DNA of 64,000 nucleotides, from contig CAVRJG010000015.1 of NCBI GenBank assembly GCA_963721455.1, positions 1 through 64,000 of the forward strand, written 5' to 3'. Below the pieces are notes generated by a model. That model had not been told where the DNA came from. It saw nothing but the letters and a program-made list of their open reading frames with translations, and made no database searches. Origin of the DNA: an uncultured Methanosarcinaceae archaeon. Its GTDB lineage: Archaea > Halobacteriota > Methanosarcinia > Methanosarcinales > Methanosarcinaceae. The position numbers and the translations under genes were made by a program. This document shows, one piece after another, positions 62,540 through 64,000 of the stretch; the stretch's first letter is position 1, and each line of letters opens with the position of its first letter.

Positions 62540-64000
62540 ATGGCAAAAATTCAAACTTTCAGATGGGTCTGCTTATTCGCAATATTTCTGGCTCTGATTC
62601 CAATTTCTGAAACCGGAGCTGCAGAAAATATTTATGTTTCACCGGGAGGATCAATCCAGGCTGCAGTAGATAAGGCATCCCCAGGCGATACTATCCTTGT
62701 AAAACCCGGAGAATATAATGAAAGCGTTCAAATCAATCAGGATAACCTGACAATAATTTCAGATTCAAAAGATCCCTATGATTCAAAAGATCCCTATAAT
62801 ACTGTTATTATCGGAGAGAATGGGGTGAGCAACGCATTCAAGGTAATTGCCAGTAATGTGACAATCAGCGGTTTCTCAATAGTTGACAGCAAATGCGGGA
62901 TTTACCTCAATGGCGCTCAGAACTGTACTATACGTAGCAACAATATCTCGAAAAACGGCATTGGTATCTGTCTGTCTAAGTCCGACAATAATACCTTGAG
63001 CAATAATATCGTATATTCGAACATCGATTGTGGCATCAGGTCACTTACTTCTTCAGGCAACGCGATATACAACAATTTCTTTAATAACACGAATAATGCC
63101 AGAGAGAATCAACTCAATGCCTGGAACCTTACCTCAGGCAATTACTGGAGCGATTACGCAGAAAGGGATGAGGACGGAGACGGCATCGGCGACACGGCAT
63201 ATATCATCAACCACCGGACAAACAGTATTGATTACAGGCCGTTAATGAATTTCACTCCTGAACTTAAGGTATTGCCAGAGGCAATTTTCACTTCCAATGT
63301 GACAGTCGGGTATGCCCCTCTTACAGTTGAGTTTACCGATTTCTCAGAAAATGCCAGCTCACTGCTATGGGATCTGGAAAATCTGAGGACTTCGAACTCT
63401 TCTGGCCTTTTGCATACTTTCGTTAATGAAGGCAGTTATAGGGTCATTCTAAATGTCACGAACAAAAATGGCAGCGACTCGACATATGTAACCATAAATG
63501 TTCTGAAGGCTCTGGATCCTTCTGTTCCAATACTCCCTGAGGCCAAAATCGGTACCAATGTGACAGGCGGTTACGTTCCTCTTACAGTTCATTTTGTTGA
63601 TTTTTCCGAAAATGCAGACTCGGTGTTGTGGAGTTTCGGAAATGGGAAGAAATCTTGCTGCCAGGACCTGCGGCACACTTTCTGCTGTCCGGGGAACTAT
63701 ACAGTCTCTCTTACGGCAGAGAACAACAATGGCAGCTCCTCAAAATGTATTGTCATTACCGTCCTGGAACCGGCAATTCAGCCTTCTGCCGTCCTGCCAG
63801 CGGCTAAATTCAGTGCCAGCACCACCAGAGGGCCTGCTCCCCTCACGGTCGACTTTGTCGATATTTCAGAAAATGTAACCGGTCGGTCATGGAATTTTGG
63901 GGACGGCAACCAGTCCGCTGAAAAAAGTCCTGAGCATACTTACATGACTCCAGGAAATTACACTGTGAGCCTGACGGTGGGCAATGAAAACGGGAACGAC
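62540..64000 (+). CDS. Cell-surface protein with signal peptide, NosD/CASH beta-helix and PKD repeats (runs off window)
   Basis: Not in the ORF track because no stop occurs in the window. Reads MAKIQTFRWVCLFAIFLAL, SIQAAVDKASPGDTILV, GNYWSDY...DGDGIGD, then PKD-type APLTVEF and WNFGDG repeats. Confidence 0.9.
   Translation, partial: MAKIQTFRWVCLFAIFLALIPISETGAAENIYVSPGGSIQAAVDKASPGDTILVKPGEYNESVQINQDNLTIISDSKDPYDSKDPYNTVIIGENGVSNAFKVIASNVTISGFSIVDSKCGIYLNGAQNCTIRSNNISKNGIGICLSKSDNNTLSNNIVYSNIDCGIRSLTSSGNAIYNNFFNNTNNARENQLNAWNLTSGNYWSDYAERDEDGDGIGDTAYIINHRTNSIDYRPLMNFTPELKVLPEAIFTSNVTVGYAPLTVEFTDFSENASSLLWDLENLRTSNSSGLLHTFVNEGSYRVILNVTNKNGSDSTYVTINVLKALDPSVPILPEAKIGTNVTGGYVPLTVHFVDFSENADSVLWSFGNGKKSCCQDLRHTFCCPGNYTVSLTAENNNGSSSKCIVITVLEPAIQPSAVLPAAKFSASTTRGPAPLTVDFVDISENVTGRSWNFGDGNQSAEKSPEHTYMTPGNYTVSLTVGNENGND

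Noticed and set aside
62762-62797. 18-bp duplication (DSKDPY x2) in the surface protein gene
   Set aside because: An ordinary in-frame micro-duplication with no evident functional consequence.

Overview
Chromosomal window from a Methanosarcina-type archaeon, inferred from archaeal information-processing genes (trm1, trmY, pus10, rpl21e, rpoF, rsmA, dtdA) and long AT-rich intergenic leaders. Most of it is housekeeping, transport and metabolism: a P-type ATPase, bacterial-type Lon, glutamine synthetase, FprA, ornithine decarboxylase and the vorABC cluster with an acyl-CoA synthetase. Mobile elements are an IS701 element, an internally deleted IS200/IS605 tnpB remnant, an IS1182 element inserted exactly in the terminal hairpin loop of an IS200 element, and a complete group II intron whose EBS1/EBS2 match its flank. 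The most notable unexplained signal is a family of four ~90-95 nt two-hairpin non-coding RNA candidates at 48.7-52.9 kb. Each has its own TATA-like promoter, covarying stems and conserved (A)AUAGGG-type loops. Also seen: a second sRNA candidate at 23.2 kb, three adjacent cupredoxin-like surface-protein genes that are all disrupted, several unannotated microproteins, a probable CTG start for rsmA and two putative MarR operator motifs. No tRNA, rRNA or CRISPR array was found.
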